Notes: generated by a model not told the origin, from the letters alone. A DNA stretch of 64,000 bases from Nitrospirota bacterium (GCA_963733375.1 CAVTDB010000026.1:96001-160000), one strand, 5' to 3'. Positions 53,770 through 64,000 are shown, counted from the first letter of the stretch. Program-made: numbers and translations.

Positions 53770-54462
53770 TTAATCCTTCATAGAACGCCTTTCAATCATG
53801 GCACATATCCGTCCGCCTTTAGACGGCACGGAGCCTGAGATAAGTATGTCCGCAGGGCTCACGGCTTTTCCGTAATATTTGGCGTTATATTCCCCTTTCG
53901 CCGCCACAATCCCGCCTTCAACAGTCAGGCCCGCAAAGGCGCCCTTGGCCCTTACGAAAGCGATGAAAGCTGCGGCCGGCAAAGGAGATGCCTCACCCGC
54001 CGCGCCGGCGCCGACCGGTCCGGCGGCGATCGAAGCGTCCGCACCGAGCTTGAACTGGGGCGAAAGCATCGCATTGACTGCCTCGTCAGTCATGGCGAGG
54101 ATTACAACCTCCGCCTTCTCGGCGCCTATCTGAAGACCGTAGGTGACGGAACCCATGCCGTAAAATGCCGGGCCCCTGCACTCGCCGGTCTTAGGGTCTG
54201 TAGAGAAATAGACGCCGCTGCCGCCCGAGCCGCCGAGGATCAATCCCGCCTTTACCAGGCTCGGAACTATCAATACCCCTTTCGCCTTGGGCAACTCTTT
54301 TCTAAACCAGGTCATTTCAGGGGCTTTTTGAAAATCCCTGAGGGTTATCTGCGCCTGGTCAACCAATATCTGCTGCTCGTTCGGCTCCGATGCATACGCC
54401 GGAAACGAAAAGCCGACGGCCAGCATTGCTACACCTAAAGAGGCTAGTGATAATCCTTTCAT
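53770..54462 (-). CDS. Secreted Ysc84/SYLF lipid-binding domain protein
   Basis: Signal peptide; AKGVLIVP...KAG.ILGG.GG.G, GLQIG, LGADASIAAGPVG, KGAFAG. Confidence 0.85.
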   Translation of the reverse strand: MKGLSLASLGVAMLAVGFSFPAYASEPNEQQILVDQAQITLRDFQKAPEMTWFRKELPKAKGVLIVPSLVKAGLILGGSGGSGVYFSTDPKTGECRGPAFYGMGSVTYGLQIGAEKAEVVILAMTDEAVNAMLSPQFKLGADASIAAGPVGAGAAGEASPLPAAAFIAFVRAKGAFAGLTVEGGIVAAKGEYNAKYYGKAVSPADILISGSVPSKGGRICAMIERRSMKD

Positions 54463-54603
54463 GGTCGCCTCCGTCATAGAATCCTTATTGCTAATCACTC
54501 CTAATAGTATAGCACTTTTTTAAAGTGCTTGCTTAGTGTGGTCGGCGGTGAAATTTGTAAAGTAGCTCACTCGCCCCTGTGTTTTTGTTCGCCCGCGCCC
54601 CCT

Positions 54604-55427
54604 TCACCTGGTGCGCGTCCCTGCTCCTTTTTCTGCCCGCGCGGCTGTTGAGCTTTCTCCTGAGGCTGTCTCTGTGCCGCTGAACTTTCTCCTGAGGTTG
54701 TCTCTGCTGCTGCTGGACCTGAGTGTCTCTGCTGCGGCTGCTCTCTGCTGCTGTTGTGGCTCTCTCCTGAGGTTGTCTCTGTTGCTGCTGAACTTTCTCC
54801 TGAGGTTGTCTCTGCGGCTGCTGAATTTCTCCTGAGGTTGTCTCTGTTGCTGCTGAGCTTTCCCCTGAGGTTGTTTCTGCTGCCGCTGAACCTCAGGCCT
54901 CTGTTGATATTGCTGTTGCCTTTGTTGTCTTAGTTCCTGTCTCTGTTGTTGTGGTCGAGGTTGATAGCTCTGGACGCCCCAGGTTCCTTGCCTTTCCCAA
55001 TGTCGATCATTTTGCCAGCTCTTCCAGTTCTGTTGAAGTCGTTGGTAAGGAATCCGTTCATAGTTCCACCGGTGCCCGTACCAATTATGGTCTCTGTAGT
55101 ATCCTCTCCAACCCGGGTCTACATCAAAATAAAAACTTGGAACATTGTTATAATAACCCCAGCCCCGGTTATAATAATGTGAGCGATACCAACGACCTTC
55201 CCATAGACGCCACCACCAACCATTCCAGAAAAACAGGTCTACATCAATATCAGGAGCAACGTAAACATCATTCGTATCAGGCATCACTATCACATCTGGT
55301 GGTGCGGCAAATACGATGGGCGGCGGCAGAGGAATACTGATACGTTATATTTACATCCTGCCATCGTTGGAATAGGAACTACAATTATCAACGCCAAAAG
55401 CAATGTTCCAAAAAATAACTTTTTCAT
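54604..55427 (-). CDS. Secreted protein with a Trp/Tyr-rich domain and Gln-rich repeat tail (frameshifted)
   Basis: MKKLFFGTLLLAL start; PPPIVFAAPPDVIV; FFWNGWWWRLWEGRWY; repeated QQQ(Q)RQPQE. Confidence 0.7.
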
Positions 55428-55430
55428 TTT

Positions 55431-55460
55431 GTTGCCTCCTTTAAAGTTGCCTCCTTTAAA
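55431..55460. repeat. Exact 15-bp tandem duplication containing the RBS
   Basis: GTTGCCTCCTTTAAA x2 (AAAGGAGG on the minus strand). Confidence 0.85.
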
Positions 55461-55480
55461 CTTCACGGTCTTTTCGCCCT

Positions 55481-55702
55481 TCAGCCTTTCCTGCCTCCCG
55501 CAACTAACAGCGCGACGCCGCCCGCGAGCGCAATAGCGCCCACGATCGGAGTCAGCGGGATCGTTTTAGTCGTATCAGCCGTCAGATGGATCGGCCCGAT
55601 ATCTACGACTTTCTCTCTGCTCGTGTAGGTAATGCCTTGATACGCCAAGGACGCGATCCCTACAACAATGAGGAGGATGCCTATCATCGTATATGCTTTC
55701 AT
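55481..55702 (-). CDS. DUF3185-like small two-TM membrane protein
   Basis: IGILLIVVGIASLAYQGITYT.REKVVDIGP...KTIPL.PIVG. Confidence 0.75.
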   Translation of the reverse strand: MKAYTMIGILLIVVGIASLAYQGITYTSREKVVDIGPIHLTADTTKTIPLTPIVGAIALAGGVALLVAGGRKG

Positions 55703-55810
55703 TTCACTCCTTTTTTGAGCGGTCCACAAATGTGGAGCCAGAAACAAACAAGGCCGCGTAAAACGGCCTTGCCTGTAGGCAAACAGTGGACCCCGCCATC
55801 TCGTTACCCT

Positions 55811-55975
55811 TTAATGCCTGTCCTGGTCGTAGTCGCCCCGGTCGCCGCGGTCGTGCATCTCACCATGCTCATGGTCCCGGCCCCTTTCGTCCTCGTGTCG
55901 ATCATGCCAAAAACATCCGGAAAACATAACCGTCGCTAACAGAACGGCAATCAACCCCAGCAATGTACGTTTCAT
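55811..55975 (-). CDS. Small His/Asp/Arg-rich lipoprotein
   Basis: MKRTLLGLIAVLLATVMFSG-C lipobox; GGAGG RBS. Confidence 0.65.
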   Translation of the reverse strand: MKRTLLGLIAVLLATVMFSGCFWHDRHEDERGRDHEHGEMHDRGDRGDYDQDRH

Positions 55976-56188
55976 CTCGCCCTTCCTCCAGTAATAATTA
56001 ACGCCTAACGAAATTAATAACCTATTATAAAATATACTAAAAACTCCATCTTCCGTCAAATTTCCGGACTACGGCCACTGTCTGAAGAGCTCACGTGCAC
56101 GGATGTTCAAAAATCTCCGGCAACAAAAAAAGCCCGCAAATCACCGCTGCGTGCTTCCGTGGTTTTGGCTGAGATTAGCAGAGAATTT

Positions 56189-57764
56189 TCAGAGGGTTTT
56201 TGGATTAACCGGAAGGAATAACCTGAACGTGCTGCCCTTGCCGGGCTCGCTCTCCACCTCGACACGGCCGCCGTGCGCTTCAGCGGCGGCCTTTACAATA
56301 GCGAGCCCGAGGCCGCTGCCTTTAACCCTTGCGGTTTTTTTAGAGCGGTAATATTTTTCAAATACGGCTTTCTGCTCGCTGGGGGTTATTCCCTTCCCCG
56401 TATCCGTCACGGAAATTATTATAAAATCCTTGCCGTCAAAAACCCCGCTTTAAGAGTGATTGTCCCGGGGCCGGTGGTGTAATTAACCGCATTGTGAAGC
56501 AGGTTCAAGACTGCCCGCTCGATTAACTTGGAATCCACCGTTGCTTCCGGCAGGCCGTCGGATATTTCTATTTTTAAATCGAGCTTCTTTTTTTGTGCGG
56601 CATTTTCAATTTCCGAGCAGGCATCCCGCAGGAGGGCGGCTATATCGGTTGGAGCGGGATTTAGAACAACTTTCGCGGATTCCATTTTCGAGATAGCCAG
56701 AAAGTTTTCAATCAGGTGGTTAATCCGCTCGCCGCTTCTCATTATCGCGGCAACCATCTCGTTTGTGTCGGCGTCATATTTATCGGCCTTGGCCATCATA
56801 AGCTCGGAATAACCCAGTATGCTGGTAAGAGGGCTTTTCACGTCATGCGTAACCATTGCGTAAAAATCGGCCTTCTGCTTTTCCATCTCTTTTCTATCCG
56901 AAATGTCGCTGATGACCATGGCGGTCCGCACTCTGCCGCCCTCCCGACAGCGTAAACGATGAAGCTTCCCCCTCAAACAATGGGCCGTCGCTTCGGTTCA
57001 GCGTCAGTTTTCACCCTGGAAGCATTCGGGCTTGCATGACAGGACTCCCTTTTCATGCGGCTGTACTATATCGCTCCTTCAAAGCGTGCCGCATATTTCT
57101 TTCTCGGGCCTGAACAGCTTCCAGGCGGCGTCTTGATGGCGATCAACTTTCCTGCTGAAATAAGATCATTTCGTCCAGATTGCTCTCGAAAACCCGCGGA
57201 AACGCTCCGCGCTCTGCAGCAGTATCCCTCTGTGCGCTTCGCGCAGATTTTCAAAGAAATTACGGTACTTACTAAGTTCCTCATCGAAACGCTTGCGCTC
57301 GGCGATTTCGGCTTGCAGCCGCGCGTTCAACTTTTCCGAGCGTTTCCATAAGTTCATGCTGCCGCACCGCGGAAAGCATCAGCTCCTGGTTCATCGCGGC
57401 GGCCTGCTCGCGGAACCGCGCGTCCCCGGTCTTATCCGTCACCAGGACCACGACGCCTGCCTGGCGTCCCCCCCCGCCCGGGACCGCCCACATCGCATAA
57501 GACCAGCGTGCCTCGCATTCTTCAGGCTTGCCCGTGCTGTACACCCGGTCGAGGACGGGTAGGCATGCCTCCGCCTCGGGCACGGCCTGGGCGAAGTGGA
57601 TCCCGGCCATCTCTTCGCACTTCTTCCCGATCAGGCGGCAGAAGGCGGGGTTGACATACCTCACGATATGCCCGTCCCCTTCCACGGCGGCCATGGGCAG
57701 GGGCGAGTACTTAAAGAGCTAGTTCGGGCATCGAGTCCTCCGCACGGGCATTTTTTGCGCCCAT
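56189..57764 (-). CDS. PAS-domain histidine kinase (several frameshifts)
   Basis: VRYVNPAFC PAS, THDVKSPL H box, NLLHNAVNY, DTGKGI, GSGLGL. Confidence 0.8.
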
Positions 57765-57773
57765 GATATTTGC

Positions 57774-59288
57774 CTATTTCTTGCCGGCAGGCTTATCCGG
57801 GGCCTGTCTTTTGGGGCTACCGTCAAGCGGCTCCGGGATCCCGGTGGTCAAGGCCCGGTAGCCTTTGAGGCGGGGGCCTATGATGACCAGCCCCTCGGCC
57901 GGTGATCTCATATTCGCGGATGTCGTTGCTGTGATTGCCGCCCCGCATCTTGACGACGATCATGATCTTGCGAAGCTGGCCCTCGATCTCCACGTAACGA
58001 AGCCGGATGATATCGTCGGTGAGAAACGAGATGGAGTAGGAACTGAAGGCAACTCGGTAAAGGACTCCGTCGTCTCGACCGTGCTCAAGATGGTAACGCC
58101 GGCCCCGGTCAAAGCGCCGATCATGCGGTAGAGCGATTCGCGGAAGTCGTCGCGGAAGCCGGGGGCCAGCGCCATCTCGAAACCCGCCAGCGAATCGATC
58201 ACCAGGCGCTTGGCGCCGGTCTTCTGACCGCGTCGAGGATCTCCTGCATGGTCTCGTCCACCGAGAGGTCGAGGGGACGGAGGTAGAGGATATCGAGCTT
58301 GCCGTCTTTCTGCGGCGTTTCCAAGTCCAGGCCGAAGCTATCGGCCCGCGCCGTATACTCCTGCGGGCGTTCTTCGAAGACGGCCACGATGCCCGGCTCC
58401 CCCTGCCGCAAACCTTCGGCGATGAACTGGGTCGCCAGGACCGATTTCCCCGTTCCCGAGGGGCCTGCCATCAGGAGGCTGTCGCCTTCGGGGATTCCGC
58501 CGCCCAGCATCTCGTCCAAGTCCGGCGATGCCGATGGAAAGGCGCTTCCGGGCGGCCTTTTTCTCTTTTCTTCCGGTCAGGCCGAGGGTGCGCGGGAAGG
58601 CCTGCATCCCGGCATCGGTAATGCGGAAGGTGTGCAGGCCCGGGCACGGACGCCTGCCCGCGGAGTTTCATGATCTGCAGCTTGCGCACGATGGAATTCC
58701 GCTCCACGCTCTGGTAGAGCCAGAAGAGGCCATCGGCGACGGTGAACACGGGGTTGTCGCGCATTTCCGCCTCGGCGTACTCCCCGACCAGGAAAGTCGT
58801 GGCCTGCCAACTGGTCAGGTGCAGGGCCAGCCGCTGGACGAAGCCCTGCAGTTCCATTTCGCTTGCGCCTGCCCGCGCCTTGCGCACCACGGTGCGAAAG
58901 GAGTCCACGACGACGATGCCGGGGCTGGCCGCCTCGACCTCTCTGGAGATCTCGTCCAGGACCGCGCTCAAGTCCTTCTCCAGCACGACCTGGCTCAGGT
59001 TGATAAAACGGATGGCGCTGTTCAGCTTGGCATGGTCGAAGAACGTATACTGCTGCTGGTAGCGCAGCATCTTGAGGGCGGGTTCGCCCAGGACGGTGAA
59101 ATAGAGCGCGGGGCGCTCCGGGGTGGCATTGGCGAAGACGAATTGGTGCGCGAGCGTGGTCTTTCCGCATCCCGGGGCGCCCGCGATGATGTTGAAAGAG
59201 TATTCCGGGAGGCCGCCGCCCAGGATCTCGTCAGGCCCGGGACCCCGGTCGGCAGCTTGCGGATATTCACCTTGCCTTGTTCGTTCAT
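57774..59288 (-). CDS. KaiC-like double-domain RecA-family ATPase (several frameshifts)
   Basis: TGVPGL, GAPGCGKT, VVDS, KLRG; second domain GPSGTGKS, FEE, IDSL, ISFLTDDII, KMRG. Confidence 0.85.
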
Positions 59289-59722
59289 GGCTTCTCCGTT
59301 TCAGAACCGGTACCATCGAATGGCGCATCCGGCCACACGTCGCGCACCAGTTGCATCGTCAAACCTATACCTATAAAGGTGGCGAGCAGCCCGAGCAACT
59401 CCGTCACGAGCGCGACTTCGCCCTCCGCGGCTTTGTCCGTGTGCCGCTCCGGATTGACGGGGCCCGGCACCTCTAAAGACCCGTCTTCCTTGACCTGCAC
59501 GGAGGCAAGCGAGGGGACTGCCACCTTTGCCAGCGCCAGGGCGCGGGAAACGAGGGCTTTGTACCCGGCGACTCCCGCAAGCGTGGCCAGGGGCTTGCGC
59601 AACTTCTCACAGACGCAAACGCACACCGCCGCTTTAGCTGTTGCCTCGGAGGGATTGACCTCGCATCGCTCGTGAGCGAGCAGCCAGCGGGCCAGATTTT
59701 GCATCTCGGAAAAATCGTTCAT
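59285..59722 (-). CDS. Small helical protein coupled to the KaiC-like ATPase
   Basis: EKLR..L..LAG..GY.AL..RAL.LA...P.L; LL.TFIG..LT..LV..VWP; TGA overlaps the KaiC-like ATG. Confidence 0.65.
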   Translation of the reverse strand: MNDFSEMQNLARWLLAHERCEVNPSEATAKAAVCVCVCEKLRKPLATLAGVAGYKALVSRALALAKVAVPSLASVQVKEDGSLEVPGPVNPERHTDKAAEGEVALVTELLGLLATFIGIGLTMQLVRDVWPDAPFDGTGSETEKP

Positions 59723-59939
59723 TTTAATAATATATGGTATAAGCATAAAACATTCAAGGCGATTTCAAATTTTATAAGTATCATAATCATTTTCCGTCCC
59801 TTCTCGGTCTCTTCGTCAACAACGGGCAAGACGTACTCTTTAGATTTTTAATTCTGCTATAATAGTAAAAAATACTCTTTCTCTTCCAAAACGAGCCGTT
59901 CGTTCGGCCTTTTATATCCCGAAAAGCCCCGAATAAAAC

Positions 59940-60517
59940 ATGAATACGAAACGATGTGCCTGGGTCAGCATGGACGATCCGCTGATGGTCCAGTATCACG
60001 ATCACGAATGGGGTGTGCCAGTCCACGACGACCGCAAACACTTTGAGTTCCTGGTGCTCGAAGGGGCGCAGGCCGGACTCAGTTGGTCGATCGTGCTCAA
60101 AAAACGGGAAGGTTATCGCCGTGCCTTCAGCCAGTTCGATCCTGAAAAAGTGGCGCGATATACCGAAAGCGAATTCAGAAGCTCACATTGGACCCGGCGA
60201 TCATTCGAAACCGGATGAAAATCGAAGCCGCGGTACGCAACGCGCGGGCGTTTCTCGCAATTCAGGAAGAGTTCGGAAGTTTTGACGCCTATTGCTGGCG
60301 GTTCGTCGATGGACGGCCCAAGCTGAACCGGTGGAAGGCATACGGGAGATTCCGGCGACCTCGCCCGAATCCGACGCGTTCAGCAAGGACCTCAAGCGGC
60401 GCGGATTTCGGCTTCGTCGGTCCTACCATCATTTATGCGCACATGCAGGCGGTCGGCATGGTGAACGATCACCTCGTCGAGTGTTTCCGATATCGAGAGA
60501 TTCGGCAACTTAACTGA
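59940..60517 (+). CDS. tag: DNA-3-methyladenine glycosylase I (frameshifted)
   Basis: RCAW, YHDHEWG, LEGAQAGLSW, IIRNR.KI, FVGPT, QAVGMVNDH..C. Confidence 0.92.
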
Positions 60518-60522
60518 CGGAT

Positions 60523-61437
60523 ATGATTTCAAAATCGCGCTATTTATCACGAAACTTTGTAATCGCCCTCGTCATTCTTTCAGCCACCCTGACTGGCTGC
60601 CTCGGGATGATCGAGGGAGTAAGAAGCCGCAAGATACTGGCGGAGGAGAAATCCCTGCCAAGGGACAGCGCCGGCATCCTCATTGGGGCCGAACCATTCT
60701 CTTTTCCGCTGGAAGGGAGTGAGCGGGCGGTACTCTTAATACACGGCTTCGGAGGCACGCCGTTTGACCTTAAGCCCCTCGGCGAGTATCTGTCTGAAAA
60801 TGGTATAGCGGCATACGGAGTGCTCCTTCCCGGGTTCGGGACATCCGAACTCGACCTCGAAAAGACTAATTGGCGGCAGTGGGCGGCAGCGCCGGAGAAG
60901 GTCCTCGACACCCTTACGGCACGGTATAAAAAGGTTTACATAGCCGGGTTTTCGATGGGCGGCTCCATAGCGCTGCACCTTGCCGCCAAGCACAAGGTGG
61001 CTGGAGTCATACTTCTTGCGCCTTGCATTTACATTAACGGACAGAGCAGACTGATAACCCCGGAGTATTCAATAAAGCATCTCGCGCAGTTCATGATGAC
61101 GGACTATATTATTAACGACAAGATGAGGGCGTTCGATTTCAGCGCCATGAAGGACCGGCCGTATTACCACCTCTTCCCGATCAAAAGCCTTAAGGAGCTT
61201 GTTGGACTCGAAGAGACGGCTCGTGGAGAGGTTGGAGCGGTCGAGGAGCCTGTGATAATAATTCAGTCCGTAAACGACCACACAGTGGATAAGTCCGGAC
61301 CGGCATACCTGATCTCTCACCTGCCCCGCAAAGACGCCGAGGTTTTCTGGGTAGAGCGCTCGATGCACCTCCTTGCCCTTGACGCCGAACGGGACCGGGT
61401 ATTTAAGAAAACCCGTGAATTCATACTCAGTCATTAG
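60523..61437 (+). CDS. Alpha/beta hydrolase (carboxylesterase-like), probable lipoprotein
   Basis: LTG-C lipobox, IHGFGG, GFSMGG, D and H of the triad (NDHTV, SMH). Confidence 0.85.
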   Translation: MISKSRYLSRNFVIALVILSATLTGCLGMIEGVRSRKILAEEKSLPRDSAGILIGAEPFSFPLEGSERAVLLIHGFGGTPFDLKPLGEYLSENGIAAYGVLLPGFGTSELDLEKTNWRQWAAAPEKVLDTLTARYKKVYIAGFSMGGSIALHLAAKHKVAGVILLAPCIYINGQSRLITPEYSIKHLAQFMMTDYIINDKMRAFDFSAMKDRPYYHLFPIKSLKELVGLEETARGEVGAVEEPVIIIQSVNDHTVDKSGPAYLISHLPRKDAEVFWVERSMHLLALDAERDRVFKKTREFILSH

Positions 61438-61459
61438 TCTGTAGTTCAACCCTGTGCAG

Positions 61460-62915
61460 CTACAGCCCTATCTCTCCCTCCACCTTGCCCATATCGAATA
61501 CCGGCAGCTTCGGCGCGTCCTTGCCGAGGAGTTCGTTTACGACGGACTGCGGCGCGCTTCGGTAGCGGACCTCGACTTGATAACTGAGCGGGCCTGCCGC
61601 ATCCTCTGGGATGACGAAGCTGTACTCCGCTATGTCATAGCCCTTGGGCCGGATGCGCCTGTCGAGCAGTATCTCGCTCGCCTCCGGCAGGAAAGACGTC
61701 GCCTCCGGCTTCTGGCTCGGCTTGCCGAGGACGGTATGGTATATTACCGCGCCCGGTTTGATAGTCCCTTTCTCATCTAAGTCCCGGAGCGGGATATCAC
61801 CCTTTTCTTGCTGTCCATGACTGTGACGTCCACCCACATCTCGCGCACGAAAGTGAGGCCAGTAGGGAGGTAGTGCCCCGCGCCGGAGTTCGTCACCTTT
61901 ACCGGCATACGGTAGAGGGTCCCCTTCTGCGCCTTCGGCTCGCCGATGAATTCGACCGTGCAGGAGTGGCTGAGACGCTGCTCGGCCATTTTGTCCTGAG
62001 GGTGATAACCCAAGAGAGCAGTGACGGCAAGGTTCCCGCCGACGAAGTAATGCTGCCAGATATGCGGTCGCTGTTTTCCGCCCATGGCTTCCGGCGCGGC
62101 ATAACCCGGCAGGTTCGGCCTTACGGTGCTGCCCGTCGAGGGGTACTCCGGCGTCTGACGCATATGGCAGTCTTGGCAGGTTACGGTCGTGGCGGGGTCG
62201 CCCGTGTTATACGGCCCGGTGCGCCACTCCGAGTACGTGTTTTCAATGGCCATTATATTATGCGCATGGTTACGTCGTGGCACATCCCGCATAGCTCCGA
62301 GCGGGTGTGCAGCTCGGAGTATTCAGTGCTGTGGAAGGAGGACACCGCGTCCTTGAACGGCCCGTACTTGGTCCCGGGATTCGCGTTGGCCGCGTCCCCG
62401 GGGCTTAGTATGAAAGCGCCGTTGCCTATGCCCGCGGACTTGGAGACACTGTGGCAGAAGTCGCACTGCACCCCGGCGGCCTCGATGTCGGGCAATTTTT
62501 TGTCGGCCTTGTACCTGTTAAGGTCATCCGCCAAATAGCCCACCGGCGTGTGGCAGCGCGAGCACATGGCAACCTCGGACTTCTCCTGGCCGCTTGAAGC
62601 CTTGCTCACGTATTCGAAATAGACGGCGCGAAATACCGGGTCGGTCCACGCATTAGCCATCATCGAGCCCTTCCACTGGCCGAATATGTCGGCATGACAG
62701 CCGGAGCATACCTCTGGCGAGTAGAACTGCCCGGCTTTGTGCGAGCCCGGCATGTCAGGCACTGTCCAATCCATGTTTGAAGGAGCCGTCGCCTTCGGCA
62801 GTACCCAGATGGGCGTCGCTTTAGGGTGCTCCTTCGCCCAGTCGGCATAGTCCTCGGCAAATGCGGGCATGGCCTGAAGCAAAAGCAATAATATGATGGC
62901 TGCAGCTTTATTCAC
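61460..62915 (-). CDS. Secreted multiheme cytochrome c with five CxxCH motifs (frameshifts near 62270 and 61790)
   Basis: Signal peptide; CSGCH, CSRCH, CDFCH, CGMCH, CQDCH; N.GAGHYLPTG. Confidence 0.85.
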
Positions 62916-63063
62916 TATGGCCTCCTATCAAATAAAAACCTTTTAAAATGCCTACTTAAATAAACCATCGTTAAGTCCGGTTGTCAATGAGCCACGGGGT
63001 TATTTTGTTGCCGGCATGCGGGTAGGGCCCCCAAAAACCCATTTTGAGCCGTTTTGGGAAACG

Positions 63064-63098
63064 AAAAAGGGGTTGCGCGTAACGCGCAACCCCTTTTT
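63064..63098. terminator. Terminator of the tRNA operon
   Basis: AAAAAGGGGTTGCGCG-TAA-CGCGCAACCCCTTTTT. Confidence 0.88.
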
Positions 63099-63103
63099 AA
63101 ATA

Positions 63104-63179
<76 letters not shown>

Positions 63180-63262
63180 ATAAATTTAAATTTTGATGAC
63201 CCGCGGATTAAGAAATGAGCAGGATGCTACAGTATAACTAATATCTGCACCCGGAAAAATTT

Positions 63263-63338
63263 TGGTGCGCCTGGAGGGAGTCGAACTCCCGACCACGGAT
63301 TCGGAGGCCGATGCTCTATCCAGCTGAGCTACAGGCGC
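63263..63338 (-). tRNA. tRNA-Arg(CCG), anticodon stem imperfect as assembled
   Basis: GCGCCTGTAGCTCAGCTGGATAGAGC...CT-CCG-AA...GTTCGACTC...CCA. Confidence 0.75.
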
Positions 63339-63411
63339 ATCTATTTCGGATTGCGGATTAGGCCTGTTTCAAGATTTCAATCCACATTTTGAAATCCGCA
63401 TTCCGGTTTCC

Positions 63412-63488
<77 letters not shown>

Positions 63489-63546
63489 ATGTCAAGCCTC
63501 AAAAACATCAGAGACGGCCAGATCGGCCGTCTCTACGATAAAAAAA

Positions 63547-63623
63547 TGGGGTGAGCGACGGGGCTTGAACCCGCGGCCACCAGGGCCACAACCTGGTGCT
63601 CTACCAACTGAGCTACGCCCACC
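63547..63623 (-). tRNA. tRNA-His(GTG) with encoded G-1
   Basis: GGTGGGCGTAGCTCAGTTGG...TT-GTG-GC...GTTCAAGC...CCCCA. Confidence 0.95.
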
Positions 63624-63739
63624 ATGAAATTTAAGATTATGGATTTACCTTAGAATGAGGATTTTAAGAATTTAGTGTGACACGGATGTCAAGCTATACA
63701 ATCCCATCCACGATCCTGAACGTTCTGCATTATGATTAT

Positions 63740-63816
63740 TGGCGCGCCTGAAGGGATTCGAACCCCTGACCCACAGCTTAGAAGGCTGTTGCTCTATCCA
63801 CCTGAGCTACAGGCGC
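63740..63816 (-). tRNA. tRNA-Arg(TCT)
   Basis: GCGCCTGTAGCTCAGGTGGATAGAGC...CT-TCT-AA...GTTCGAATC...CCA. Confidence 0.95.
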
Positions 63817-63861
63817 CCGGCTGGGACCGTTTGGCTTCGCCGACCAGTTTCCGTAGTTAAA

Positions 63862-63938
63862 TGGTCGGGGCGAGAGGATTTGAACCTCCGGCTTTCTGCT
63901 CCCAAAGCAGACGCGCTACCGGGCTGCGCCACGCCCCG
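63862..63938 (-). tRNA. tRNA-Pro(TGG)
   Basis: CGGGGCGTGGCGCAGCCCGGTAGCGC...TT-TGG-GA...GTTCAAATC...CCA. Confidence 0.95.
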
Positions 63939-63951
63939 CTCAGAATGCAAA

Positions 63952-63980
63952 TTTATACACCAGCTATTGAATAATGTCAA
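63952..63980 (-). promoter_or_regulatory. Sigma70 promoter of the tRNA operon
   Basis: TTGACA-17 nt-TATAAA. Confidence 0.8.
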
Positions 63981-64000
63981 CAGTTTTTGCACTGTAAAAA

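Noticed and set aside
54640-54950. CRISPR-like ~30-bp repeats
   Set aside because: Contiguous degenerate coding repeats for a Gln-rich tail, without unique spacers
53770-63100. tRNA-anchored integrative island
   Set aside because: Composition looks mosaic, but no integrase and no duplicated tRNA 3' end (att site) was found in the window
63807-63992. 61-aa ORF at the window end
   Set aside because: Overlaps tRNA-Pro and its promoter

Overview
Bacterial chromosomal window, probably Nitrospirota (inferred from the L14 C-terminus [19 protein letters not shown] and the gene content; not verified). The assembly carries many single-base indels: essential genes such as rpmD, secY, map, rpsD and hisS are frameshifted, so split ORFs are treated as single genes. 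Layout: 1-12.3 kb, the S10/spc/alpha ribosomal superoperon (rplV end to rplQ); 12.3-18.9 kb, minus-strand NYN-hypA-hypB-hypF-hisS-phosphoesterase-HD genes; 19-24.8 kb, an ArnT-like transferase, an ECF sigma/anti-sigma module, an aldehyde dehydrogenase and CsbD; 24.9-32.2 kb, a Wzx/Wzy polysaccharide locus; 32.5-40.4 kb, two tandem paralogous secreted NHL/Ig/beta-helix proteins; 41.2-49.8 kb, the best candidate for a new system; 49.9-53.7 kb, olsBA plus a CBS histidine kinase and response regulator behind Pho-box-like 11-bp repeats; 53.8-59.7 kb, small secreted proteins and a KaiC-like/PAS-kinase module; then tag, an esterase, a pentaheme cytochrome c and six tRNAs. The 41.2-49.8 kb locus encodes two DUF5132-like GxxxG proteins, three Cys-less HMA-like (HMA2/CoBaHMA-type) domains, a Ca2+-type P2A ATPase, a MetK paralog that keeps its triphosphate/metal ligands but has all methionine-binding residues replaced, a 22-residue amphipathic-repeat protein, a Cys-less CcdA-like membrane protein and a double zinc ribbon. 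It resembles a ferrosome-like organelle cassette built around a calcium-type pump, and one promoter links it to phosphate regulation. That functional reading is inference; all family calls were made by eye from motifs, with no database searches.
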